Origin: a bacterium
Lineage (GTDB): Bacteria > SAR324 > NAC60-12
Assembly (NCBI GenBank): GCA_965205865.1
Contig: CBDBHR010000029.1
Coordinates: 256,001-320,000, forward strand
Length of the DNA: 64,000 nucleotides
Reading direction: 5' to 3'
Of the stretch, positions 1-10,821 are shown piece by piece. The notes below the pieces were generated by a model. The model was not told the DNA's origin. It was given only the letters and a program-made list of their open reading frames with translations, and made no database searches. Position numbers and translations under genes: made by a program. Positions within the stretch are counted from its first letter, which is position 1. Each line of letters starts with the position of its first letter.

Positions 1-576
1 TCGCATCTTTGTGTCCGTGGCTCCCGGTTCGACCAGGGTGGCTTTCACTCCATGTGAAAGACCCTCGCTGTTGGTCACCCCGGTGAATCCGCTCACGCCA
101 AACTTGGCAGCGCAGTAAGCGCCATACCTGGCACCCGGGTGCCTGCCGGCGAGAGAGGAGACGTTGACGATATGCCCATGTCCTTGCTCGCGCATGTGAC
201 TAAAAACGGCCTGCGTGCAGAGAAATACCCCTTTGAGATTAACGGCCATGTTGAGTTCCCAGAGCTCCTCGGTTATCTTCGGGATGGGCGAGGTACCAGC
301 CACCCCCGCGTTGTTAACGAGGATATCGACCTTTCCAAAGCGCTCCAGGGTCTTTTGCACCATTGACTGTACTTGCGACTTATTCGCTACATCCGTGGGA
401 ACCGCAAGCGCTTCCCGCCCTGTTTTTTGAATCTCTTCCGCGACGGCCTCGATCTCTGAGTCGGTCCTCGCCACCAGAACGACGTTCGCCCCCTCGTGGG
501 CAAAGGCGAGAGCTGTTGCCCGGCCAATTCCACGCCCGGCGCCGGTTACAATTGCGGTCTGATCTTTTAGTTTCAT
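1..576 (-). CDS. Short-chain dehydrogenase/reductase (SDR), runs off window start
   Basis: Not in ORF track (open at edge). Translates from ATG at 576 as MKLKDQTAIVTGAGRGIG (TGxxxGxG)...VDILVNNAG...NVSS...YCAAK (YxxxK); GAAGGAG RBS upstream. Confidence 0.9.
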   Translation of the reverse strand, partial: MKLKDQTAIVTGAGRGIGRATALAFAHEGANVVLVARTDSEIEAVAEEIQKTGREALAVPTDVANKSQVQSMVQKTLERFGKVDILVNNAGVAGTSPIPKITEELWELNMAVNLKGVFLCTQAVFSHMREQGHGHIVNVSSLAGRHPGARYGAYCAAKFGVSGFTGVTNSEGLSHGVKATLVEPGATDTKMR

Positions 577-878
577 GTTCAATTTCTCCTTCCTTTTTCA
601 AAATTTAATTGTTTTTGATTCATTTTTATTTGATCTTTCATCATTTCTCCTTTTCAGAAGGGAATGGTTTTTTAATTTTTCGTCTCATCGCGCCTCCTTC
701 ATTGGAATTGACTGCTACGCCGGTGCGGTTGAAAAAGATTTTTTGGGGAGGAAAAATCGGTTACCACATCGGATAATCAAAAATTTCACAAGATGTTAGC
801 ATCTGGAAATAGAGGTGTAAAGAGAATTTCAGGATTTTCCAACCAGTCAGTTAAAGATGGTTATTTTCAATTTTCTGA

Positions 879-1849
879 TTACCATTTGAAAGGGTTGATC
901 AGTCGGGTCAGGAATCCACGTTTGCGTTTTCCCGTCTCAGCGCCGTAACGGCCCTCACTGCCCCGCAACCGGGGATCGAGCAGATCGCGCATGGCATCGC
1001 CGAACATGTTGAAACTGTAGACGACAAGCGTCAGGAAAAGTCCCGGCCAGAGCGCCAGCCAGGGCGCTTGCTGCATGTACTCACTCCCTTCCCGGCTCAG
1101 CATACCGCCCCAACTGGGAATCTGGGTGGGCAGCCCGAATCCGAGAAAGCTCAGCGACGCCTCGGCAATGATGACCCCGCCAATGTTGATCGAGAAGATG
1201 ATGATGAGGGGCGCCATGATATTGGGCAGCACATGGCGGACCAGGATTTGGGTGGTGGGGACGCCCACGGCTTTGGCTGCCAGAAAATAGTCATTCTCTT
1301 TAATGCCGATCACCGCGCCGCGGACGACTCGGGAGCCGCCAATGCCACCGGTGATCCCCAGCACAACGATGATCTGGAGGAGCCCCTGTCCCACGATGGA
1401 CATGATGGTCAACAACAGCAGCAACCCCGGAAAAGCCATCCAGGCATCGACAAAGCGTTGCGCAGCCAGGTCTATTTTCCCTCCAAGGAATCCGGAAGTG
1501 ACGCCGATCAGGGCCGCGACGAGCACATTGAGCGTGGTCGCGGCCAAACCGACAATCAAGGAAAGACGCGCCCCGTAGATGACGCGGCTCAGGAGATCCC
1601 GCCCCAGATGGTCGGTCCCCAACAGATACTGGAGGGATGCGCCCTGCAGCCGGTCGGCCAGGTGTAATTTCATATAGCCATAAGGGGCCAGAACATCGGC
1701 AAAGATGGCCACGATAATCAAGAGCAAGATGACCATCCCACTGAAGGTCCCCAGCGGTTTCTCCCGCCACAGTCTGATGAAGAAATCCGCAAACCTGCTT
1801 CGACGTTAGGCTCATGGATGGAGGAGGTTGTTTCTTGGGTGATGTTCAT
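879..1849 (-). CDS. Peptide/nickel ABC transporter permease (DppC/OppC-like); one-base frameshift near 1807
   Basis: LGTDHLGRD, EASLSFLGFG and GDAMRDLLDPR motifs. The N-terminus MNITQETTSSIHEP(K)RRSRFADFF matches the paralogue at 16133 only if one A is restored at about 1807. Confidence 0.85.
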
Positions 1850-1934
1850 ATTCTTGATTTTTCTATAATTCAGTCCCTCCGGGACTTCCTCTGACAGACG
1901 AATCTCAAACCTATATTTACCAGAAGCATAAGGG

Positions 1935-2891
1935 CTATTCGTAACGAACCCGTGGATCCAAATAGGGATAAATCAGGTCGATGAGGAGATTGAACAGCAC
2001 CACGCCAGTGGCAAAAAACAGGTTGACTCCGGAGATCAGCGGGTAGTCCCGGTCCGTGAGGGCATTCACCATGAGACGTCCGAGCCCCGGCAGGTTAAAG
2101 ATGTTCTCCATGATCACCGCCCCCCCGATCAGGATCGGCAACTGCAAGCCGATCAGGGAGACCACCGGGATGAGGGCATTTTTGATGGTGTGGCGTATAA
2201 TCACGATCCGCTCCTTGAGCCCCTTGGACCAGGCGGTGCGGATATAGTCCTGCCTTAAGACCTCCAGCATCATCGTGCGCGTCAGCCGCATAGTGGCCGC
2301 CGCCATCGCCGTCCCCAGAATCAGGCTGGGAATGATGAGGATGCCTAGATTCTCCAGCGGATCTTCGGAGAAAGGAATCCACTCCATCGGAGGCGACCAG
2401 CCCCACCAGATGGACGGGTAGAGCATCACCATCATGGCCAGCCAGAAGTTCGGCGTGGCCAAGCCGATGACGGCGATGGAGCGCCCAGCGTAATCGGCAG
2501 CGGTATCCTGGCGCATCGCTGAGTAGATACCGACCGGCAGCGCGATCAGCAGCCCGATGACGATGGCCAGTAACCCCAGCTCAAGGGTGATGGGCAATCG
2601 ACGTAATATCTTCTCCTCTACCGCCTCCCTGCTGCCAACCATGGAGTGGCCCAGGTTGCCGTGCAGGAGAATCCCTGCCAACCAACGTCCATACTGCGCA
2701 TAGGCAGGCACGTCCAATCCCAGCATACGCTCCAGAGCCTCACGGTCTACGTCAACCAGGAATTCCGACTTACCCAACATGGCGTCTATGACATCGCCCG
2801 GGATAAAGCGCACCGAAAAAAAGACGATGAGGCTCAAGATGAACAGGGTGGGGATGATCAGCAATAAGCGCCTGATGATATAGGCTCTCAT
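1935..2891 (-). CDS. Peptide/nickel ABC transporter permease (DppB/OppB-like)
   Basis: MRAYIIRRLL start, EVLRQDYIRTAWSKGL EAA loop, ENIFNLPGLG and LDPRVRY end. Confidence 0.93.
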   Translation of the reverse strand: MRAYIIRRLLLIIPTLFILSLIVFFSVRFIPGDVIDAMLGKSEFLVDVDREALERMLGLDVPAYAQYGRWLAGILLHGNLGHSMVGSREAVEEKILRRLPITLELGLLAIVIGLLIALPVGIYSAMRQDTAADYAGRSIAVIGLATPNFWLAMMVMLYPSIWWGWSPPMEWIPFSEDPLENLGILIIPSLILGTAMAAATMRLTRTMMLEVLRQDYIRTAWSKGLKERIVIIRHTIKNALIPVVSLIGLQLPILIGGAVIMENIFNLPGLGRLMVNALTDRDYPLISGVNLFFATGVVLFNLLIDLIYPYLDPRVRYE

Positions 2892-2936
2892 CTCACACTC
2901 CTTATCAGTCGCAAGTTAAGCCCTATTCTAGTATGT

Positions 2937-3039
2937 TCCCCCCTTTCGCAAAGGTGGGCCGGGAGGGCAGGGACGAGGGGGGGATTTCATCGTACAAACC
3001 ACGTAAAATCCCCCTAAGTCCCCCTTTTTCAAAGGGGAA
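2937..3039. repeat. REP-like intergenic palindromic element
   Basis: CCCCCTTTcgcAAAGG and CCCCCTTTTTCAAAGGGG hairpins plus a GGGGGATTT...AAATCCCCC inverted pair between the SBP and permease genes. Confidence 0.5.
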
Positions 3040-3051
3040 CTTGTTCCAGCA

Positions 3052-4815
3052 CTAATGCCCCATTTCTTTCTTCAGGTCCTGATCGATCCAGAGGCGCGAG
3101 AGGATGAGACTATCCTCATTGGGTCCGAGATCGAATTCACCTTTGTAGCCTTTGATCCACGGATGGAGCGCCCACCACTGTGGACCTTTGGGACCCCATA
3201 TTTGCCAATGATTCTCGATCGTGTACATATCTGCCTCTGCAATCAGCCGCTTTTGCTCCTCAAAGGTGGTCGCGGCCAGGGCGGCGTCAACCTTGGCGTC
3301 CAACTCAGGCCACTGATGCAAGGGGCGGTTCCACTGGGCGTCCGAGCGATACCAGGTTACCGTCATGGAAGGGTTATAAGTGGTGCCCGCAATGCTGCCC
3401 ATGATGCCTTCATAATCACGCGCGAATAGATCCTCGTGATATTTGGCCCAGTCCGTAATTTCATCAATCTCAAGCTCGACGCCAATCTCAGCCCAGTAGG
3501 CGGCAGCGATTTCTGAATAGCCTCCTTGCAAGCCCCCGAGGACCCTCATGCGGGTCTTGAAGCCATTGGGATAGCCCGCTTCCGCCAGCAGCTGCTTCGC
3601 CCCTTCCGGGTCGTACCGATAGCCCTTCTTGACCTCTTCGGGCCACTCTTCAAAGGGGATGTAATATCCTTTCACGCCGATCATCCCCTGGGGGGTCGGA
3701 TCGGCCTCACCCTTAAAGTACGTAGCCGCAACGGTCTCAAGGTCCAGGGCCATCTGCAGAGCCTTGCGCACCCGCAGGTCGTCAAAGGGCGGCTTGCGCA
3801 CGTTTGCAGCAAAGGCATTACCCGACCGAAACCACTGCTTGTACAACACGATGTCGGGGTTGGTCTCCCGGAGGCTATCTGCCGTGTCGATAGAAGTGAT
3901 CGCACCCCCTGAAGGGCCTCTGAGATCAATCTTGCCTGAGCGCAGTGCCGACATACGAGTGGCTTCCTCCGGAATCATCAAATATTTTAACTCGTCAATA
4001 TAGGGCAAACGGTTCTGCGGGTACTTTTCGTCATGACCCCAGTAGTCCGGATTTCGGGTCCGTGTTTCTGAGCTGCCCTCGACCACATCAGTCAGCAGAA
4101 AGGGCCCGGTGCCAGACAGGTTCCTCCAGTCCTTTGAGTCCCCATATTGCTTGATGACCTCCGGCGGCATGATGTATGTGAAGAGGTCGAGGGTGATGAT
4201 GTGAAACGCGGAGAGGAAGGGCTTCTTCAGCTTCATCACAACCGTCGCATCGTCGGTGGCCGTGATCGACTCGAAGGGGATGCCATTGAGGAGGGCAGCG
4301 CCACCAAAGGGAGTCGGTCCGGCCTCGGTGAATTCGCCCATGCCCAGCATACGGTGAAAGGTAAACTCGACATCCTGCGCCGTCAGCAGACGGCCGTTCA
4401 TCGGGGGCTTATTGTGCCAGCGCACGCCTTGACGGATGTGGAAGATATAGGTTTTGTTGTCGGGCATTTCCCAACTTTCCGCCAGTCTCCCTGTGATGAC
4501 AGACATGGGGAACGGGTGTCCCGATTTCAAGTCCCATTCGTCTCTGGATACTCCCCAGTTGCCGATAGCCAGCTTCTCCAAAATTCCCGTGAGTTGAGGG
4601 TCTGTCCAGTTGTAAAAGGGGTCCCAATTCCACTGTTGACCTCCGGTAGCGAAGGTCAGTGTCCCGCCATATTGAGGAGCCTCCACCATTTCACCAGTGC
4701 TGGGGTCTTTGACCATCTCGGCCGCCATGGCCGAACTGACCCCGAGGGTGGTCACCATCAGGGTGAGGGTGAGCAATATTGATTGCATTTTACTTATTAT
4801 TTTGGTTATTTCCAT
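3052..4815 (-). CDS. ABC transporter substrate-binding protein, family 5
   Basis: Signal peptide ending SSAMA; YGGTLT, LAESWE, GVRWH, GTGPF, RVRKALQMALD and AKQLLAEAGYPNGF motifs. Start placed at ATG 4815 after AGAGG (track starts 4905). Confidence 0.92.
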   Translation of the reverse strand: MEITKIISKMQSILLTLTLMVTTLGVSSAMAAEMVKDPSTGEMVEAPQYGGTLTFATGGQQWNWDPFYNWTDPQLTGILEKLAIGNWGVSRDEWDLKSGHPFPMSVITGRLAESWEMPDNKTYIFHIRQGVRWHNKPPMNGRLLTAQDVEFTFHRMLGMGEFTEAGPTPFGGAALLNGIPFESITATDDATVVMKLKKPFLSAFHIITLDLFTYIMPPEVIKQYGDSKDWRNLSGTGPFLLTDVVEGSSETRTRNPDYWGHDEKYPQNRLPYIDELKYLMIPEEATRMSALRSGKIDLRGPSGGAITSIDTADSLRETNPDIVLYKQWFRSGNAFAANVRKPPFDDLRVRKALQMALDLETVAATYFKGEADPTPQGMIGVKGYYIPFEEWPEEVKKGYRYDPEGAKQLLAEAGYPNGFKTRMRVLGGLQGGYSEIAAAYWAEIGVELEIDEITDWAKYHEDLFARDYEGIMGSIAGTTYNPSMTVTWYRSDAQWNRPLHQWPELDAKVDAALAATTFEEQKRLIAEADMYTIENHWQIWGPKGPQWWALHPWIKGYKGEFDLGPNEDSLILSRLWIDQDLKKEMGH

Positions 4816-5345
4816 AATTCCTCTTACTATTGAGGTGAAATAAAAAGATTCGCCACACCATTGGGCGAATCGGGATTGCAGTTTTCTCGATTTTATTGTT
4901 ACCATTGTGTCCTCTTACGTTTGAGGTGCCATAAAAGATTCACCCGCCCCGGGGCGAATCGGATTTTCGCAGCAGACACCACGTCTGCCACGATCAGCCC
5001 CACGAATCGGGCCAGAAATTTTAAGAGACATAGGGTCCTTTCTTTACTGAGGGTTGAAATAAGGTGCGCTTGGACGCATGGATGAAGAAAAAACGGTTCC
5101 TGGAAAAGAGGATTTTTTTCTTTTTATCTCCCCTTCCAGCAATCCTAATGGTTGGTACAATATCTGCTATAAATTATATATCAAGACATATTTCGCCCTT
5201 TGGTCATTTTTTTGATTTTATTTTTTGGGTGGAATTCCAGAGACGGAAATTATGGAGGATCGGGTGAACCTCCTCCTCATGATCGCGTGAAAAGGTAAAC
5301 AGTGATAGACTGGGGGAGATTCAAGCAATTCTTTGGAGAAAATGG

Positions 5346-7028
5346 ATGAAACTGCCTTATGGGATCAGCAATTTTGCCCGTCTGATTGAAGATGGGTATG
5401 CTTATGTGGACAAGACAGGCTATATTGAACAATTGGAAAATGAACCGGCGCCCTATCTTTTTTTCTTGAGACCTCGTCGATTTGGCAAGTCGTTGTTTGT
5501 TTCCATGTTGAGCTACTACTATGGCCTGGAGCACCAGGAACGATTTGATGCTCTTTTTAGTAAGTTCTACATTGGGACCAACCCCACCCCTCGCGCCAAT
5601 ACCTATGCAGTCCTCAAGTTTGAATTCAGCCGGATTGATACCAGTACCCCGGAAGACACGCAACAGGGATTTCATGCCAATGTGTTGCTGGGAATAGAGA
5701 ATTTCGAGAAACGCTATCAACAGACGTTTATGGACTATAGTGCCTTTGATAATCCGGCTGAGGCGCTCAAACGTTTTTTTGAAACCCATCGGGATAAAAA
5801 GATTTACCTGTTGATTGATGAATATGATCATTTTGCCAATGAAATCTTGAGTTTTCATTTAGAACATTTCAGCGACATCATTAGTCGTAACGGCTTTGTC
5901 AGAAAATTCTATGAAGCCATTAAGGCGGCAACAGGTGATGGCATTGTGGATCGCTTATTTGTGACCGGAGTGACTCCCATCACCCTCGATAGTTTGACCA
6001 GCGGGTTCAATATCGCTCAGAATCTCTCAACCAGAAAAGCGACCAATGCGATGATGGGGTTTACCGAGCAGGAAGTAGTGGATTTGACGGAAGCGACGGG
6101 TTCATTCGGTCAAATGCGGGGAGACACCGCCATCATGTATTTACGTCAGTGGTATAATGGCTATTTGTTTCATGCTAAAGCGCCATCACGAATCTATAAT
6201 CCCGACATGGTCCTCTATTATCTTACCGAATGGCTTCAAGAGAAGGAATATCCCGAGAAGCTCATGGACCTCAATATTGCCAGTGATTATGGAAAAATCC
6301 GGCGTCTGTTTCAACTGAAAGATCCTGATCAGAATTATCGGGTCATCGATCAGCTGATTCACGATGGATTTGTCACCTCTCAATTGACCGGACAGTTTAG
6401 TTTTGAACGAGAGTTTACCCGCCAGGATTTTATCAGTCTGTTGTTTTACATGGGCTTCATCAGCATCAAAGAGGCCCAGTTCAATAATCTACACTTTGTC
6501 ATTCCCAACTTCGTAATCAGAGGATTGTACTGGGAGTTTTTTCTACAATGGATCAAAGAGCAAAACGCCCTGAGTTTTGAAGTGACCGATGTGCGTCAGG
6601 CGGTGATGGAATTAGCACAAAATAATGATCTTCAGCCCTTTCTCAACTTGATTGAAAACACGTTGCAAACCCTCTCCAACCGGGATTTTATCCAATTTGA
6701 TGAAATATACGTCAAGGTTTTGTTTGTCGCTTTTGCCAGTCTGGCCAATCTCTATTACATCCAAAGTGAACAGGAGAGCGAACAGAAGTATGTCGATGTC
6801 CTCTTCCTACACCGTCCTCCTTATTTCCCCACCTACCAGTTTGCCTTTGAGTTGAAGTATCTCAAAAAAAGCGAAAGCGCTCAATTGGAAACCACCGTCC
6901 AAGCAGCCACGGTTCAGTTACAGGGTTATTTACAAAGTGAAGCTTTACTACGGTTGGACAACCTGAAAGCCTATGTGATTGTCTTTGTGGGAAGCGAGGC
7001 AAAAGCAGTTGAAACCATGGAATTGTGA
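5346..7028 (+). CDS. AAA-ATPase-like + C-terminal PD-(D/E)XK nuclease protein (DUF1703-type)
   Basis: LPYGISNF, YVDKT, RPRRFGKS (Walker A), LIDEYD (Walker B), SGFN, YNGY; C-terminal YVD...FELKY...QLQGY. Confidence 0.88.
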   Translation: MKLPYGISNFARLIEDGYAYVDKTGYIEQLENEPAPYLFFLRPRRFGKSLFVSMLSYYYGLEHQERFDALFSKFYIGTNPTPRANTYAVLKFEFSRIDTSTPEDTQQGFHANVLLGIENFEKRYQQTFMDYSAFDNPAEALKRFFETHRDKKIYLLIDEYDHFANEILSFHLEHFSDIISRNGFVRKFYEAIKAATGDGIVDRLFVTGVTPITLDSLTSGFNIAQNLSTRKATNAMMGFTEQEVVDLTEATGSFGQMRGDTAIMYLRQWYNGYLFHAKAPSRIYNPDMVLYYLTEWLQEKEYPEKLMDLNIASDYGKIRRLFQLKDPDQNYRVIDQLIHDGFVTSQLTGQFSFEREFTRQDFISLLFYMGFISIKEAQFNNLHFVIPNFVIRGLYWEFFLQWIKEQNALSFEVTDVRQAVMELAQNNDLQPFLNLIENTLQTLSNRDFIQFDEIYVKVLFVAFASLANLYYIQSEQESEQKYVDVLFLHRPPYFPTYQFAFELKYLKKSESAQLETTVQAATVQLQGYLQSEALLRLDNLKAYVIVFVGSEAKAVETMEL

Positions 7029-7288
7029 GAACAAGCTATTGCGTGCTTACCATTTGAAAGTGGAGATCAGCTGGGCCAGGAGAACTTGGCAAGGATGACA
7101 TATACACTAGGATACTCATATTATTGAAGATTTATGTCGAACTCAGGTTTATTACCCATTCGAAGAGGCGTCATTCCTAACGAATGTGAGCAAGCTTAAA
7201 GATCTCTCCCAGTGGTCGAGATAACACGGGGGAATATAAGCTATAAGCAGTGCAGTTAGTGGGCAACAGAGATTGGAGTAGGATTGTT

Positions 7289-8512
7289 TCAGGAACTCGA
7301 GCAATGCTCGGCAAAGACGGCAACATGTTTTCGCGCCAATTGTTCGTCAGCAGGAATGCCCGTCACATTTTGCCGGCAACGTCCTTGCGAAAATACGGGA
7401 TAGAGGTGGGCATTGTAGATGTGTATCGCGGCATCGGATTTAGCAGGAGGATTGCGAAACATACCCGCATATTTGCTGGAATAAAGTGATTCGATAGCCG
7501 TGCTTTTAACAAGCTTGCGCCAGAGGGATTCTGCTTCATGCAAACGTTTCAGGGATTGATGGTGCTCAATCTCAATACGCGCAAAATCATAGACCATTGC
7601 TTTAGCAAAAGCGCGAGTAACCGGATTTTCAAATGCGGAACCGCGGGCACGGAGTATCATATTCAACAAATTGGTGACCTCTTGCTTTCGAGAACGCTCC
7701 GGGCAGAAATACAGCACCAATCCCCCGGGCCTCAATGCAAAGGTCACAAATGCTTTTGTAGGACTGATTGCCAGGACAAAGGGGACACCTGCTTCTAAGA
7801 AGGGTCGAATTTGAAGCTGATAGCTTTTGCTCATGATCTGGTCGAATGAATGGGTTTTGTACAGATGAGCAAATTCAAAGCCGGGATAGGCACGGTCGAG
7901 TACCACAGTGAGGTTTTTATCTGCAGCAGAGTTGACCCGCGCCCGGATCACGTCCGCTCCCCGCACACGTCCTGTTGTATTCATGGGACCTGCCTGGTAA
8001 ATCGGAAGGACTTTCTCTCCATCGCATACTGAGTCTTCATCAAACTCTTCGCATACTAAACGGGTTACCTTGGCAATGGCTTTGTATGCGGGCCATCCAT
8101 AGGCTTCGATACCAATTGTTTTGAGCTGAGGGTCGAGTTGTAATGATAACTCAATAGCGGTCTTTACTGCGCCAGTCCCCGCATCTGACGGCAAGGCCAG
8201 GATAAACTGATCCCAATACTGCCGGGGAATGCGTTGCCATTGCAACACGGCCGCTTTCATCTCACTGAGAATATTGGCGGAATTCATGTATTTGCCCTGG
8301 TGACTGGCTTGTAATTCTTGGGAAACATATTCCTGTAATAGTGAGGAACTGCCCAGAGCCTGCCCCTTTTTGTCGAGGAGGATACCAATCCCATAATTAT
8401 GTCCCTGAAGATCTTGATCGCATAATATTTTTGCAATTTGATTGGCGTCTTTTGCCTCTGTCGCAAGTTGCCGGGACTCTTCGTAAACTGATTTTCCGAA
8501 TTCAAGGTCCAT
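7289..8512 (-). CDS. PLP-dependent class I aminotransferase (divergent AspC/TyrB-like)
   Basis: NYGIG, GTGA, WPAY, DRAYPGF (cf. DxAYQGF), SPTK (PLP lysine)...RPG, GMF, GRCRQNVTG. ATG at 8512 after GGAAGGA. Confidence 0.72.
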   Translation of the reverse strand: MDLEFGKSVYEESRQLATEAKDANQIAKILCDQDLQGHNYGIGILLDKKGQALGSSSLLQEYVSQELQASHQGKYMNSANILSEMKAAVLQWQRIPRQYWDQFILALPSDAGTGAVKTAIELSLQLDPQLKTIGIEAYGWPAYKAIAKVTRLVCEEFDEDSVCDGEKVLPIYQAGPMNTTGRVRGADVIRARVNSAADKNLTVVLDRAYPGFEFAHLYKTHSFDQIMSKSYQLQIRPFLEAGVPFVLAISPTKAFVTFALRPGGLVLYFCPERSRKQEVTNLLNMILRARGSAFENPVTRAFAKAMVYDFARIEIEHHQSLKRLHEAESLWRKLVKSTAIESLYSSKYAGMFRNPPAKSDAAIHIYNAHLYPVFSQGRCRQNVTGIPADEQLARKHVAVFAEHCSSS

Positions 8513-8757
8513 TGATTGTCCTTCCAATCACATGATTTTTTTGAAGCCCAAGTGGTACGCTGTTCACTCATTTTACAAAAAAAATATATGTCCCCTTTTG
8601 ATTGTCAAGGAAAGAAACAGGTTTGATTGAATGTATGAAATTTCAAAAAATTCTCAAACAAAATTGAGGAAACATCTGGCATTAAATGAATAATTTTAGT
8701 AACGTGATCGAATGAGGAGGGATTTTCCCCACAGTTCCCAGAGAAAAAGTAATCACT

Positions 8758-8994
8758 GTGGAAGAACTTTGGCTTTTCTTACAAGGATGTGGAGAGATGT
8801 GGCGTAGATTGGACCAGCAGGAAGAAGTGGTACCAGTGAAGCCGGGAGTATGCATTTCCATTCCAGTAAAAACTCATTTTCAATTTCGATCCTTGGGTAA
8901 TGAGCCATTGACGGCAGTGGCGGTTACCATACCGCCCTGGCCAGGAGATGACGAAGCGTTCGTGGTAGCAGGCAAGTGGGAGTCCGTGTTGTAA
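8758..8994 (+). pseudogene. Cupin-domain protein, N-terminally truncated
   Basis: VEELW..GxGEMWR, ISIPVKTHFQFR and PPWPGDDEA match a cupin C-terminal half; no N-terminal part upstream. Confidence 0.6.
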
Positions 8995-9026
8995 GATGTT
9001 CTGGTGGCCCGTGATTTTCTAATTTT

Positions 9027-9098
9027 GTCATTTCTGGCTTGACCGGAAATCGAGGGGCATACCTCGTTTCATGATTCCCGGATCAAGTCCGCAATTAC
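9027..9098. repeat. GTCAT-type REP-like palindrome
   Basis: GTCATTTCTGGCTTGACCGGAAATC...GATTCCCGGATCAAGTCCGCAATTAC; related motifs at about 22069-22097 and 22355-22370. Confidence 0.55.
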
Positions 9099-9150
9099 AA
9101 ATCATGGAGATTGTAAAATATTCAATAAAATATCCATTTAATCGGAAGTC

Positions 9151-10821
9151 ATGAAAAGCGATCTGGAAATTGCGCAAAAAGCAAACATCAAACCCATTGG
9201 AGACATTGCGGCAAAACTGAATATCCCAGACGAAGCCTTGATTCCCTTTGGCCATAGCAAAGCCAAGGTCAGTTTGGATTATGCCAAGAGACTTCAAGAT
9301 CACCCTGATGGTAGATTGATCCTGATGACAGCCATCACGCCAACCCCTGCAGGCGAAGGAAAAACAACCACCTCCATCGGTTTGACCGATGGGCTCAACA
9401 AGATCGGAAAAAAAGCTGTCGTTTGCTTACGAGAACCTTCCCTCGGCCCGTGCTTTGGCGTGAAAGGAGGGGCGGCGGGAGGCGGATTCGCCCAAGTGAT
9501 TCCCATGGAAGATATCAATTTGCATTTCACTGGGGACATACATGCTATCGGTGTCGCGCACAATTTGTTATCAGCCTTGATTGATAACCATATCCATTGG
9601 GGCAATGCGGCAGGTATCGATCCCCGAAGGGTTGCATGGCCACGTGTCTTGGATATGAACGACCGCGCGCTTCGCCACATCACCGTAGCATTGGGGGGGG
9701 TGGCCAATGGTTTCCCTCGTGAAGATGGTTTTGACATCACAGTTGCCTCGGAAGTAATGGCGATTTTTTGCCTGGCAAATGATTTAACTGATTTACAAAA
9801 CCGATTGAGTAAAATCGTGATTGGCCAAAAAAGTAACGGAGAACCTGTAAGCTCTGAAACCATTAAAGCGTCCGGTCCCATGACGGTACTACTAAAAGAC
9901 GCGATTTCGCCAAACCTGGTGCAAACCCTGGAACATAATCCGGCCTTTATTCACGGCGGCCCCTTCGCCAATATTGCTCATGGTTGCAACTCGGTGATCG
10001 CAACCAAAACTGCGCTTAAATTAGCAGACTACGTGGTAACCGAAGCTGGATTCGGCGCGGATCTCGGAGCAGAAAAATTCTTCAACATAAAGTGTCGTAG
10101 CGCAAATCTTGTCCCAGACGTCGCAGTCATCGTGGCGACTGTACGCGCTTTGAAAATGCACGGGGGGATTGGCAAAGATGGTCTTGGAAAAGAAAATGTC
10201 AAAGCCGTGAAAGATGGTTGCGTGAATCTGCGCAGGCATATCGAGAATGTTCGATCATTTGGCGTTCCTGTGGTAGTTGCTATCAATCGTTTCGATGCGG
10301 ATACCGAGGCCGAAATGACTGTTGTACGTGAAATAGCAGCCAGTTACGATGTCAGGGCCATCAACGTCACTCATTGGGCAGACGGGAGCGAAGGCGCGGT
10401 CAAATTAGCGAAAATCGTGGCTGCGGAAGCCGATAGAGGGGCTGGTCGGTTTACTTTGCCATATCCGAATGAGATGCCAATCTGGGAAAAAATCGAAACA
10501 ATCGCCACCCGGATTTACCATGCGGAAGGGATTTCTGCCGATCAAAAAACCATCAATCAAATTAAAAATCTTCAAGATAGCGGCTTTGGCAACCTTCCCG
10601 TTTGTATTGCCAAAACACAATTCAGTTTCTCTACCAATCCCAATCAAAAAGGCGCTCCAACCGGATTCACGCTGCCAGTGCGGGAAATTCGACTTTCTGC
10701 GGGAGCAGGTTTCATTGTTGTGATTTGCGGAGATATCATGACGATGCCCGGGCTTCCCAGAATACCGGCTGCCAATCACATCATGATGAATGAAAAAGGA
10801 GAGGTTGAAGGATTATTTTGA
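9151..10821 (+). CDS. fhs: Formate--tetrahydrofolate ligase
   Basis: [47 protein letters not shown] and MTMPGLP motifs; 556 aa. Confidence 0.98.
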   Translation: MKSDLEIAQKANIKPIGDIAAKLNIPDEALIPFGHSKAKVSLDYAKRLQDHPDGRLILMTAITPTPAGEGKTTTSIGLTDGLNKIGKKAVVCLREPSLGPCFGVKGGAAGGGFAQVIPMEDINLHFTGDIHAIGVAHNLLSALIDNHIHWGNAAGIDPRRVAWPRVLDMNDRALRHITVALGGVANGFPREDGFDITVASEVMAIFCLANDLTDLQNRLSKIVIGQKSNGEPVSSETIKASGPMTVLLKDAISPNLVQTLEHNPAFIHGGPFANIAHGCNSVIATKTALKLADYVVTEAGFGADLGAEKFFNIKCRSANLVPDVAVIVATVRALKMHGGIGKDGLGKENVKAVKDGCVNLRRHIENVRSFGVPVVVAINRFDADTEAEMTVVREIAASYDVRAINVTHWADGSEGAVKLAKIVAAEADRGAGRFTLPYPNEMPIWEKIETIATRIYHAEGISADQKTINQIKNLQDSGFGNLPVCIAKTQFSFSTNPNQKGAPTGFTLPVREIRLSAGAGFIVVICGDIMTMPGLPRIPAANHIMMNEKGEVEGLF

